A stretch of 64,000 bases of DNA, taken from positions 3,136,001 through 3,200,000 of the forward strand of contig OY970325.1 in assembly GCA_963717145.1 (NCBI GenBank). The letters run 5' to 3'. This document shows positions 1-8,981 of the stretch, piece after piece. The notes below the pieces were generated by a model. The model was not told where the DNA came from, did no database searches, and saw only the letters and a program-made list of their open reading frames with translations. Numbering within the stretch: the stretch's first letter is position 1; each line of letters opens with the position of its first letter. The translations under genes and the position numbers were made by a program. The DNA is from an uncultured Armatimonadetes bacterium. GTDB lineage: Bacteria; Armatimonadota; UBA5829; DTJY01.

Positions 1-138
1 TACTCCTCACGAGAGGAAGCGAGATCTGATATCTTCGAGTACATCGAAGTGTTCTACAATCGGCAGCGACTCCACTCGAGCCTCGGCTATCGGAGTCCCG
101 CCAACTTCGAGGCGGCCGCTCTCGAACGAGCGGCCTAG
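1..138 (+). CDS. IS3-family transposase OrfB, C-terminal fragment (5' truncated by the window edge)
   Basis: [23 protein letters not shown] is the integrase-core C-terminal motif of IS3 transposases; stop TAG 136-138. Confidence 0.9.
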   Translation, partial: YSSREEARSDIFEYIEVFYNRQRLHSSLGYRSPANFEAAALERAA

Positions 139-169
139 GTGATCTGTCCACGAAAACGGGGCAGGATCA
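1..169 (+). mobile_element. IS3-family insertion sequence, right end (3' part of transposase plus terminal inverted repeat)
   Basis: Frame 1 reads [37 protein letters not shown]...*, followed by CTGTCCACGAAAACGGGGCAGGATCA ending in the IS3-typical CA at 169. Confidence 0.9.
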
Positions 170-226
170 GAGTATGAGTAGGAGTAGGAGTATGAGTAGG
201 AGTATGAGTAGGAGTATGAGTATGAG
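170..226. repeat. Hexamer tandem repeat (GAGTAK)x9
   Basis: GAGTAT/GAGTAG units run from 170 to 223 plus a partial GAG, starting immediately after the IS end. Confidence 0.95.
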
Positions 227-325
227 GGGAAGGGGGAGGGAGAGCAACCCCTAACCCACTGGTTGAATGCTCCCGACTTGGGGTAACATCAACCTGCCGA
301 TCAGCGGCGCAATCCACGTAAGGAG

Positions 326-862
326 ATGATCATCATGTTGAGCAGCAAGATGCAGGACGCACTGAACACCCAGATCAACGCGGAACTCTATTCGGCGTAC
401 TTCTACCTGTCGATGTCCGCCTACTATGAATCCGTCAACCTGCCCGGGTTCGCCAATTGGATGCACGTCCAGTACCAGGAAGAAACGTTTCACGCGCTGA
501 AGTTCTACGGCTACGTCACCAGTCGCGGAGGACGCGTGATCCTGACGGCGATAGACGCTCCACCGACGGAGTGGGGATCGGCCCTCGCGCCGTTCGAGGA
601 CACCTACAAGCACGAGCAGAAGGTCACAGGACTCATCAACAACCTCGTCAACCTGGCCATCGACGAGCGGGATCACGCCAGCAATGCGATGCTCCAATGG
701 TTCGTGACGGAGCAGGTCGAGGAGGAGAAGAACGCGAGCGACATCGTGGCAGAGATCAAGCTGCTCAAGGATGCGCCGGATGGGATATTCAGAATTGATC
801 GGGAACTGGCAACTCGAGTCTACGTCCCGCCGACACCTGCAACTGAAGGAGGAGCACTGTGA
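326..862 (+). CDS. ftn: Non-heme ferritin
   Basis: ALNTQINAELYSAYFYLSMSAY, EETFHA, HEQKVT and LQWFVTEQVEEE ferroxidase motifs; AAGGAG RBS upstream (start may be 335). Confidence 0.93.
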   Translation: MIIMLSSKMQDALNTQINAELYSAYFYLSMSAYYESVNLPGFANWMHVQYQEETFHALKFYGYVTSRGGRVILTAIDAPPTEWGSALAPFEDTYKHEQKVTGLINNLVNLAIDERDHASNAMLQWFVTEQVEEEKNASDIVAEIKLLKDAPDGIFRIDRELATRVYVPPTPATEGGAL

Positions 863-1365
863 CATCCGAGGGATTGAAAGCCGCCATCGATCTCGAGCAG
901 CGCGGACACGACTACTATGTCGGCGTCGCCGCTGGTTCGGACAACCCGCTGACGAGGGCAGCATTCTCGGCTCTGGCCGATGAGGAGCTTCGGCACATGG
1001 AACGCGCCAAGCAACTATATGACGAATCCGGCGCGGCCGACTCGCCCGCCGTACCGCTCGGTTCAGTCGAGGAGGTCGTGCGCGCGATCTTCGAGCAGTC
1101 GGACTGGAGTATGCGGAAGACGTGGCGCATGGACAACGCCGAGGCCTATGACCATGCGATGGGATTGGAGCGCCAAAGCATCGATTTGTACGGCCGGTTC
1201 GCCGAGGAAACCGAGTCATCCGCCGAGCGGGAGTTCTTCAACAGGCTGAAACACGAGGAACTCGGTCACCTGTCGGCGCTTCAGAACGTGTCGAACTACC
1301 TCGATCACACCGGCGACTGGTTTGCGTCCCAGGAAAACCAGGTCTGGAACTGGATGAACATGTAG
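859..1365 (+). CDS. Ferritin-like / rubrerythrin-family di-iron protein
   Basis: Two E-x6-Y...E-x2-H half-sites (AIDLEQRGHDYY..DEELRH; MGLERQSIDLY..HEELGH); GTGA overlap with ftn. Confidence 0.85.
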   Translation: MTSEGLKAAIDLEQRGHDYYVGVAAGSDNPLTRAAFSALADEELRHMERAKQLYDESGAADSPAVPLGSVEEVVRAIFEQSDWSMRKTWRMDNAEAYDHAMGLERQSIDLYGRFAEETESSAEREFFNRLKHEELGHLSALQNVSNYLDHTGDWFASQENQVWNWMNM

Positions 1366-1441
1366 GAGAGTGTGGGAGTGTGGGGGTATGGGAGTATGGG
1401 AGTATCCGGACTCCCATACTCCCACACTCCCACACTCCCAT
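1366..1441. repeat. Octamer tandem inverted repeat (GGGAGTRT)n / (ACTCCCAY)n
   Basis: Five GGGAGTRT-like units, then CCGG, then four ACTCCCAY units, between convergent genes. Confidence 0.9.
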
Positions 1442-1448
1442 AATCTCC

Positions 1449-2663
1449 CTACGTCTTGTACGCCGGCAGCTTCCACGGCTTGCGGTACTCGCGCTGGTAT
1501 GAGAGGCACTCCTCGGCCTTTCGGTCGCCGATGATCTCGCCCTTCGCGCCGTCCCACTTGATGCTTCCGCCATGGAGGTAGGACAGATTCGCCAGGTGGC
1601 AGCAGACCGTTGTGCAATAAGTCGTCTCAATGTCCGACCGGCACGTGCCACGAGTCTTGATGTTGTCCAGGAAGTCCTGAATGTGGTCGCCGTTCTCGTA
1701 CTTCTTCTCAGGGCCGGGATGGTCGCCGTAGGGTGACCACTTGATGCCGCCGCGCTCGACGATGAGCTTGCCCTTCTCTCCGATGAACTCCGCTCCCCCG
1801 CCGCCGCCTCCATCGAGGCCCTCTTTGCCGATATGCGCCTCCCACTGCATCACGTAGTTCGGGAAACGGTAGACCGTGATCGATGTATCGGGAGTATCCT
1901 GGTCGTCGTCCTCCGGGCAGAAGAACTTGCCGCCGACCGATGATACCTCGAGCGGATGCCACTCGTTCATGCCGAGGAGCACGATGTCGATCATGTGAGC
2001 GCCCCAGTTGCCGGCGTTCCCCGTACCCCAGTCGAAGTAGCACCTCCAGTTGTACGGGTGGATGGTGTCGTGGTAAGGGCGCTTCGGCCCGGGTCCGAGC
2101 CAGAAATCCCAGTCGACGTGACCCGGCGGCTCCTTGATCGGATTCCTGCCGACTCCCGATTTTCCGCAGACCCATGCGCGGCACACTCGCACGGTCCCGC
2201 AGCCTCCCGACCGCACGAAGTCGATGGCATCGCGGAAGTGGCCCTGGCTTCGCTGCATGGTGTTGATCTGCACGACCCGCTTGTGGTGCCTGGCCGCGCC
2301 GAGCATCGCCTGAGCCTCGACGATGCTGTGGGAGAGTGGCTTCTCCGAGAAGATGTCCTTGCCCGCCTCACATGCGGTGATGAACGGAAGCGCGTGCCAG
2401 TGGTCAGGCGTGGCGATCATGACGGCGTCGATTTCCTTCATCTCCAGGAGGTCGCGGAAGTCCGTGAAGGCTTGCGGCCGCTTGCCGGTCTGCTTCTCGA
2501 CATCCACGAGCGCCTTGCCGAGGATGTCGGCGTCCACGTCGCACAGGGCCGCCACCTCGACCTCCGGGTGCTTGATGAAGCCGCGCATGTTGTTCGACCC
2601 CATGCCGCCGACCCCGATGCACCCGACGACGATCTTCTCGTTTGCCGATACATTATCTGCCAT
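1449..2663 (-). CDS. Gfo/Idh/MocA family NAD(P)-dependent oxidoreductase
   Basis: VGCIGVGGMG Rossmann motif, IATPDHWH, EKPL, NWGAHMID; start placed at MADNVS after a GGAGG RBS. Confidence 0.93.
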   Translation of the reverse strand: MADNVSANEKIVVGCIGVGGMGSNNMRGFIKHPEVEVAALCDVDADILGKALVDVEKQTGKRPQAFTDFRDLLEMKEIDAVMIATPDHWHALPFITACEAGKDIFSEKPLSHSIVEAQAMLGAARHHKRVVQINTMQRSQGHFRDAIDFVRSGGCGTVRVCRAWVCGKSGVGRNPIKEPPGHVDWDFWLGPGPKRPYHDTIHPYNWRCYFDWGTGNAGNWGAHMIDIVLLGMNEWHPLEVSSVGGKFFCPEDDDQDTPDTSITVYRFPNYVMQWEAHIGKEGLDGGGGGGAEFIGEKGKLIVERGGIKWSPYGDHPGPEKKYENGDHIQDFLDNIKTRGTCRSDIETTYCTTVCCHLANLSYLHGGSIKWDGAKGEIIGDRKAEECLSYQREYRKPWKLPAYKT

Positions 2664-2786
2664 ACCGATCCCTCCATCCGCGCTCATGACGTTCCATGGT
2701 AGAGTTGTCCGCCCGCCCGCCGAATCCCTGCCGGATCGGGAGATGGAACCGCCAAGACGCCAAGATCGCCAAGGGGAATAAGTGAG

Positions 2787-2864
2787 GTAGGGAACGCGGC
2801 GCTGTCCCGTTCCGCTCTGTTGGAGACCTTCCGGCCACGGAACGGGACGGCGGCCGTTCCCTAC
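2787..2864. repeat. GTAG-terminated REP-like inverted doublet
   Basis: GTAGGGAACG...CCCGTTCCG and CGGAACGGG...CGTTCCCTAC. Confidence 0.8.
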
Positions 2865-2874
2865 AATAGTGCAC

Positions 2875-5800
2875 TCACTCCCAGGAGATGTCGTATCCGG
2901 CGAGGGACGGCAAGAGGTGCTTCTCGCGGGAGAGGAGGAACGAACGGACCTCCATCTTCGCTGCGTCTGATGGCACGGAGAGGGATATCGGGCCGGAGGG
3001 GCGAGGGGTGAATGCCGGGTCGAAAGCGGATTCCTCGAGCTGGGGGTCGTCGAAGGTGGCGCGCATCGAGCCGGCCAACTGCTGCCCATCGTAGCAGATG
3101 TGCGAGGCGACGAGCATGAACCGCGCGTACTTCGACCCCTCGGGCGCATGCATCGCCGCTCCGGCCGGACGATCGAGCGTCGGGCGGAATGCCATCACCT
3201 TGCAGTAGTCGAGGAACTTCATGTCCTTGTCATAGAACTCGAGGTAGGCCGACATCCATGCGTGGTGCGTCTTGTCGTAGCTCGCGGGCACGTCGTTCTG
3301 CATGGCGATCCGGAAGGCATAGAGCTTGCCGGCCTTGACCTCGATCGGCTTCTTCTGGGTCGCAGTGACGATTTTCATCGGCTCGGGCTTCAATGTGAGA
3401 GTGCCTGAGGACTCCGCCGGACCCGAGACCTCCCACCTGTCGAGGCTCTCGAAGTCCTCACGGAAGACCGGGCGCTTGCTGCCGGAGAAGACGCTCCCGA
3501 GCCGGACCTCGTAGTTCGCGGCCCGCGCCTGGCCTTGGGCCGAGATCATGCGGATCGGGTAGAGGTTGAGGAATGTCGTCTGCGGGAGCGATCGGAAGCT
3601 GAGCGCCCGCCAGCGCCACTCGCTCCGACCTGAGGGCTGGTGGAAATCGTCGTCGCCGAGGAGGACGTATTTGTTCACCCGATTGCCCTCCAGATCGAAC
3701 TCGTGGAACCTTGCCATGACACCCATAGAGGTCCGATCGCCGAGGTCGTACCTCGTCCAGCCGCAGACGGTGAGGTCGGTGTCCGGCGGCACGAGGTCGA
3801 GGCGCATCGCCGCACAGTCCTGGCCGTCGGATGTGCCGCGCGTGAGCCTGAGCGACTGAACCGCCCCGATCGGATGTTCGATTCTGTCCACGAACCGGCC
3901 ACTCTCCGACGTCTTGCCATGCCAGTAGTCGCCGACGGGCGGCTGCCAGTCAGAGACCGAGGTATCGGCGTGCATCGTGTTGCCGCTCTCCCGCAGATGC
4001 ATCACACTCGCCCAGTCGGGGATGCCGTCGCCGTCCGAGTCGGCCATATCGCCGCCCATGAGCAGGTTTCGTGGTTGCCAGTCGGTCCAGCGGCCGTCCT
4101 TGAGTTGGAAGCGTGCCTGGGTGATGATGTCGGTCGCGAGCACGGGCCACATGCGGCACTTCTCATCTCCCTCGGGCGTCTTCGGGGCGACCAAGCTGAT
4201 CGTCACCCGCTTCCTGCCCTTGGGAACATCGAGCAATTCGCACCGCGAACCCTCACCCCCGGCCCCTCTCCCTTCAGAAGGGAGAGGGGAGACGCAACCC
4301 CCCTCTCCCTTCTGAAGGGAGAGGGGTCGGGGGTGAGGGTTCGCGCTCCTGCAAAGTTCCTGCAACTCGGTCGGGAGGTCTTTCCACCCCATCGGCTTGG
4401 TGGAGAAGAGAGAGACAAATACCGACTTGTTCGCCTTGTCGCGCAGGATGATGCTGTGGAGGATGTCGGTCCGCGGGTTGTCGGGCGCGTCACAGAGGAT
4501 GACATCTCGGTCGGAGGCGCCTCGGAAGAGCCCATGGACCGTCCCGCCCTCCAGCTTCCACGTCGCGCGCCAGTCCTTCGAGCCGTCGCCCTTTCGCAGG
4601 TTGCTCAGGAATGAGTAGCTCGGCTGCGTAAACTGCATATCGGCGGGCGCATTCGCCAAACCGGTGGCAAAGTCACCTCGACCGTGCCAGACCCAGTCGT
4701 ATGTGTGCTCAACATCACTCTCCACCTCATAGATGTCGAGCAGCCAGTTGTCTGAGAGGGCGACCGTCCGCCTCAGGGTCACCCCATCATAGGCGGTATC
4801 CACCGATGCCGTCGCGGTGTGATAGTCGCCGGTGAAATCCTTCGATTCGAGCTTCCCCTCGCACTCCTTCTGGGGCGTTTCATCGACGACGACCGTGTTG
4901 TGCGAGAGCGTCATCTTGTACCACTCCCGATGGATCGGCAGATTGTATGGCCAGCCGCGACCGGGATCAGGCGCGACGGTCCGGCCAAAGGTGAAGTAGT
5001 TCACCGCGAGCTTGTCCCGATGCCCATGCCCCCCGCCGTGAGGGCCGAAATCGAGAGAGACGAACTGACCGCCCCGGCGCAGGAACGCCAGTCCGCTGGC
5101 ATCCATCACGGCGCTCGACAGGGCGTTCGGATGCCGCTTCGGATTCTCCAGGCCGACGAAAAGCGCTTCATACCCCGCTCGCTTGCTCAACTTGGCAATG
5201 AAGTCCTCGAAGATCGGATCGCCGTATCGGCCCGCCGCGATCTCGCAGTGCATCGTACTCGGCCCCTGCTCCATCCCGTCGTTGGTCGCGGGCGACTTCC
5301 CGTTGGGCATGAGGCACTTGAACGGCGCTTCGAACATCTTCTTCAGCTCGGGGGTCTTATACAGATCGATCCCCGAGTGCCAGGCGGCCTCGGCAATCTT
5401 CACCATCGCCGACAGCGTATAGGCGTGGTAGGACCACGAGCCCTCGTACCATGCGCCGTCGGAGAGCACGCTGTTCTCCATCTGGTAGTAGAACCCGCCG
5501 TCGCCGTTCAGCACCTTGTCGAGCAGCTTCTCGTCCCTGAGGCAGAGGGCGACGGAGATCAGACCGGCGTTGTGCCAAGTCTGCCAGTTGCTCTTGCCTG
5601 CCTTGTACCGCTCGACGGTCGCCGCCAACTTCCGGAGCAGGCTCTCAGCCTTCGCGCGCTCCTCAGGCGTCCCGACATCCGCGCCGAGGACGAGATCGTA
5701 TGCCCATGCGATGTCGATCAGCCAGATCGCCTCGTTCAGCGTCTGATCGGATATCTTCGCGGCCGATGGGCCCTGCCCCCGCGGGTATCGAGCAGTGGAT

Positions 5801-6293
5801 AGCTGTCATAGATCTCCGCATAGGCGAGCAGGATATCGAGCGACTTGCGGGCGTATGCCTTGTTGCCGAAGAAAAGGGCCGCGAGTCCGAGGCTGCGCGC
5901 CGCCGATGCAAGCCCATCGTGCTGGCCGCCGTATGCACGGGCATCGTAGGGCAGGCCGGAGTAGACCTTCTTGCACTTCGGGCACTTATGCCGAGTCGGT
6001 GACAGCATTTCGAGCGGCTCGATGCAGGCCGGGCACACGTATGTGACCGAATGCCGGCCGGTCGACGGCGGCAACTCGATCTTGTGGTCGAGCCACTTGT
6101 CGGCCTGCGCCTTCAGGGCATCGAGCATCGCCTTCGCCCAGTCGAGCCGCTCGGCCTTTGCCTCGATGCCGGGCACCTCCGACCGCTCGATGAAGAGGTA
6201 GGGATGCTCCTTCCACGTGGGCTTGATGACATCGGCACAGGCCACCGAGGTCACTGCGAGCAGGATGATGCAGATGATGCGTGTGAAATCCAT
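2875..6293 (-). CDS. Exported heparinase II/III / alginate-lyase-like protein with C-terminal carbohydrate-binding-like domains (frameshift near 5775)
   Basis: Signal peptide MDFTRIICIILLAVTSVACA and HPYLF (ORF 5736-6371) continue in another frame as DQTLNEAIW...SNWQTWHN...DGAWYEGSWSYH...GPHGGGHGHRD...TLSHNTVVVD (ORF 2875-5628). Confidence 0.82.
4245..4344. repeat. 100-bp palindromic element lying in-frame inside the heparinase-like gene
   Basis: GCGAACCCTCACCCCCGGCCCCTCTCCCTTCAGAAGGGAGAGGGG ... CCCTCTCCCTTCTGAAGGGAGAGGGGTCGGGGGTGAGGGTTCGC; translates as NPHPRPLSLQKGEGGCVSPLPSEGRGAGGEGSR. Confidence 0.9.
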
Positions 6294-6306
6294 GGTACTC
6301 CTTCGA

Positions 6307-6374
6307 ATGGTTGATAGTTGATGGGGAATGGCTGATGGGGGATTGGTCCGCCATTGACCATGAACCATCAACCA
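6307..6374. repeat. Heptamer tandem inverted repeat (ATGGTTG)n / (CAACCAT)n
   Basis: ATGGTTG ATAGTTG ATGGGGA ATGGCTG ... CCATTGA CCATGAA CCATCAA CCAT. Confidence 0.8.
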
Positions 6375-6381
6375 TTCCCCC

Positions 6382-7521
6382 TCATCTCTCCTCCGCCAGG
6401 GTCTCCACCATCGCGAAGAAGTTCTCCTCCGGGGTCGGCGGGACGATCAGGTTCGATACGCCGACGAGGATGCCGCCGTACTCCCTCGCGGCCTCGAGGC
6501 AGGCCCGCGTCTCGGCGATGACCTCTTCCTTCGTGCCCCTGTGCAGGACGTAGGAGCTGATGTTCCCGAGCAGCGTGAGATGCGGATATGTCTCCCTCAG
6601 CCGCCTCAGGTCCATTCCCGCGCGGCTGTCTATCTCGTAGAAGCCGTCGACCGCCGGGAAGAGATCGTCCGCGATCGGCCAGAGATTCCCATCGCTCGCG
6701 AAGCAGTGGCACTTCCCGAGCGCCCGGCATGCGTCCGTGAGCCGCTGGAAGCCGGGCGCCATCACCTCGCGGAAGAACTTCGGCGAGTAGATCGGTCCGT
6801 CCTGCGAGGCCATGTCGCCGCCTCCGAGCATGGCATGGACGTTCACGCCGGCATAGGAGTTGATCCGCTTGATCGTGTACTCGGTCTGTACCTCGACGTA
6901 GCGCTTGACCAGGTCCGGGCGGAGGGCGATCATCTCGAACCACTCGGTCGTGCGGTTGGGGATGCCGAGACCCGCGCCCTGCATCGCAACCGCGCGGTTG
7001 CCCTCGAAGTGCTTTGCCATATCCTCGATCGTTCGATGGCCGTCGTCCACCGGATCGTAATCGTCGAGCCGCTCCCACATGCGGCCGATCTGCGCATCGA
7101 GGCCCTCCTCGGTCAGCAGGGCCCTCGGGGAGTGGTCGACGGTCTGGTAAAGCTCCGTGTCCGGGTCATACCGCATCACCTTCCACGTGGCATCCCGGCT
7201 GCCGTACATGAATGTGTTGTCGTCAATGCGGGCGGTCGGCTTCTCGTTCAGTCGCCAGTAGCCAGGGCGAACGAGGTCGCAGTCGAGCGCATCCGCGATA
7301 GCGATCGTGTCCTGCCGGGTGCGCGCGAGGAACTCCTTGTGGGCATCCTCACCGGTCCAGAGTGCGACTGCCTCCCGGTACTGCTGGATCGCCCCGCCGA
7401 CGTGCGCGTCACGTCCGAGGAGCAGGGACGCCGTGCGCGAGCAGATCGATGCATGATAGACCGGGACGCGGTCGGTCGGCTTCTTCTCTATGGTTGCGAG
7501 CACGCGCTCGTAGGGTGTCAT
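6382..7521 (-). CDS. Uroporphyrinogen decarboxylase (URO-D/MtaA-CmuA) family protein
   Basis: MTPYERVLATIEKKPTDRVP N-terminus, GGDMASQDGPIYSPKFFRE, SDGNLWPI, LLGNIS. Confidence 0.88.
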   Translation of the reverse strand: MTPYERVLATIEKKPTDRVPVYHASICSRTASLLLGRDAHVGGAIQQYREAVALWTGEDAHKEFLARTRQDTIAIADALDCDLVRPGYWRLNEKPTARIDDNTFMYGSRDATWKVMRYDPDTELYQTVDHSPRALLTEEGLDAQIGRMWERLDDYDPVDDGHRTIEDMAKHFEGNRAVAMQGAGLGIPNRTTEWFEMIALRPDLVKRYVEVQTEYTIKRINSYAGVNVHAMLGGGDMASQDGPIYSPKFFREVMAPGFQRLTDACRALGKCHCFASDGNLWPIADDLFPAVDGFYEIDSRAGMDLRRLRETYPHLTLLGNISSYVLHRGTKEEVIAETRACLEAAREYGGILVGVSNLIVPPTPEENFFAMVETLAEER

Positions 7522-7594
7522 GGGCAGGGCCCTCCACTATTCCTATACGCCGTGGAAGCACGCGTCCCCTCCAAGGGTGATGATTGCCTGCCCA

Positions 7595-8827
7595 TCAATC
7601 ATCGACCATCAACCCTTCCCGATTCTCGTAGACCTTCGACACGCCCGCCGCGAAGTCGTCCATGTCGGCCTTCGATCCGAGGAGGAACGGGTGGTGGAAA
7701 GCGACGCACTCCTCGCGCCAGGCCTTCTCGCAGACCGGCAGCGCGAACCGGCTCGGGTCGATCGCCTGCCAGTACTCTTCGCTCCAGTGGTGGCGCTTCT
7801 TCGTCTGCGGGTTGTAGAGGGTCGCGCGGCTGAGCGGCTCGAAGATGATCCAGGGCCCGAGGTTGATCTCAGCCGAGAGCGCGTTCATGAACGCCGACCG
7901 CGGCGCACCGAAGACCACTGGATCGTAGCGGAAGACGAACGAGAAGTAGGCCTGACGCGTGATCTGCGGATGGCGTTTCATCGGCTTGATGCCGGGGATC
8001 TGCGCAAGAAGTGAGTTCAGGTACTGAGCATTCACATCCCGCAGGTTCGTCTGGTCCTCCAGCCGCTCGATCTGGGCCAGCAGCACGGCCGCCTGGAACT
8101 CGGTCATGCGGTAGTTGCCGCTCTGGATCGGCGACTTCTCGCCCTCCCGAGGCCGTCCGCAGTGCCTGAGCGCGGAGAGCCTGTCAAACAGATCGTCGTC
8201 GTTCGTAGTGACCACGCCGCCCTCGCCCGAGGTGATCACCTTGCTGTGCTGCATGCTGAACGACCCAATGTCTCCGATCGCCCCCGCGCCCATCTCCCGC
8301 CACCGCGACCCATGCGACTGCGCGCAGTCCTCGATGACGCCCAGGCCGTGCTTCCGGGCGATCTCCATGATGCGGTCCATATCCGCCATGCACCCGTAAA
8401 GGTGTACGGGGATGATAGCGCGGGTACCAGAGGAGATCGCCGCCTCGACGAGCGCGGGATCGATACAGTAGGTTTCGGGGTCGACATCGACGATGATCGG
8501 AATAGCGTTCACGTCGAGGCACGCGGCGGCGGTCGCCTGCCATGTGTAGCCGGGGACGATTACCTCGTCGCCCGCGCCGATATCGAGCGCCTCGAGTGCG
8601 AGCTGGAGCGTAACCGTGCCGTTCATCAGGCAGACGGCGTACTTCGCGCGGGAGAAAGCGGCGAACTTCTCGCAGAACTCGGCCTCCTTGGGGCGGTTGG
8701 CGGCGGCCCAATCGCCCGACCGGCATACCTCGAGCAGGAGTTCCTCCTCCCGCTCGTTTCGGATCGGCCAGGTTTGCCAGGGTTTGGTCCTGACCGGCTC
8801 ACCGCCATGGATCGCGAGTTTGGTCAT
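7595..8827 (-). CDS. DegT/DnrJ/EryC1/StrS PLP aminotransferase, BtrR/StsC (inosose aminotransferase)-like
   Basis: LAIHGGEPVR, GDEVIVP, IIPVHLYG, IEDCAQSHG, GSFSMQHSKVITSGEGG (PLP Lys), GNYRMTEFQAA. Confidence 0.93.
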   Translation of the reverse strand: MTKLAIHGGEPVRTKPWQTWPIRNEREEELLLEVCRSGDWAAANRPKEAEFCEKFAAFSRAKYAVCLMNGTVTLQLALEALDIGAGDEVIVPGYTWQATAAACLDVNAIPIIVDVDPETYCIDPALVEAAISSGTRAIIPVHLYGCMADMDRIMEIARKHGLGVIEDCAQSHGSRWREMGAGAIGDIGSFSMQHSKVITSGEGGVVTTNDDDLFDRLSALRHCGRPREGEKSPIQSGNYRMTEFQAAVLLAQIERLEDQTNLRDVNAQYLNSLLAQIPGIKPMKRHPQITRQAYFSFVFRYDPVVFGAPRSAFMNALSAEINLGPWIIFEPLSRATLYNPQTKKRHHWSEEYWQAIDPSRFALPVCEKAWREECVAFHHPFLLGSKADMDDFAAGVSKVYENREGLMVDD

Positions 8828-8881
8828 CGAGTGCTCCCTTTATAAAAAGGTGTTAGGGATCCCAACGCCAACACCTGCCAT

Positions 8882-8981
8882 ATGTAGGAGGGATTTGTCG
8901 GGATGGTTTGTGCCCGACAATCCCGATCTGCTCCCATCGGAATTGTCGGGCACAAACCATCCCGACAAATCCCTCCTACAT
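8882..8981. repeat. GTAG-terminated REP-like inverted doublet; supplies the TAG stop of the AAC(3) fusion gene
   Basis: ATGTAGGAGGGATTTGTCGGGATGGTTTGTGCCCGACAAT / ATTGTCGGGCACAAACCATCCCGACAAATCCCTCCTACAT form a 40-bp inverted pair. Confidence 0.92.
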
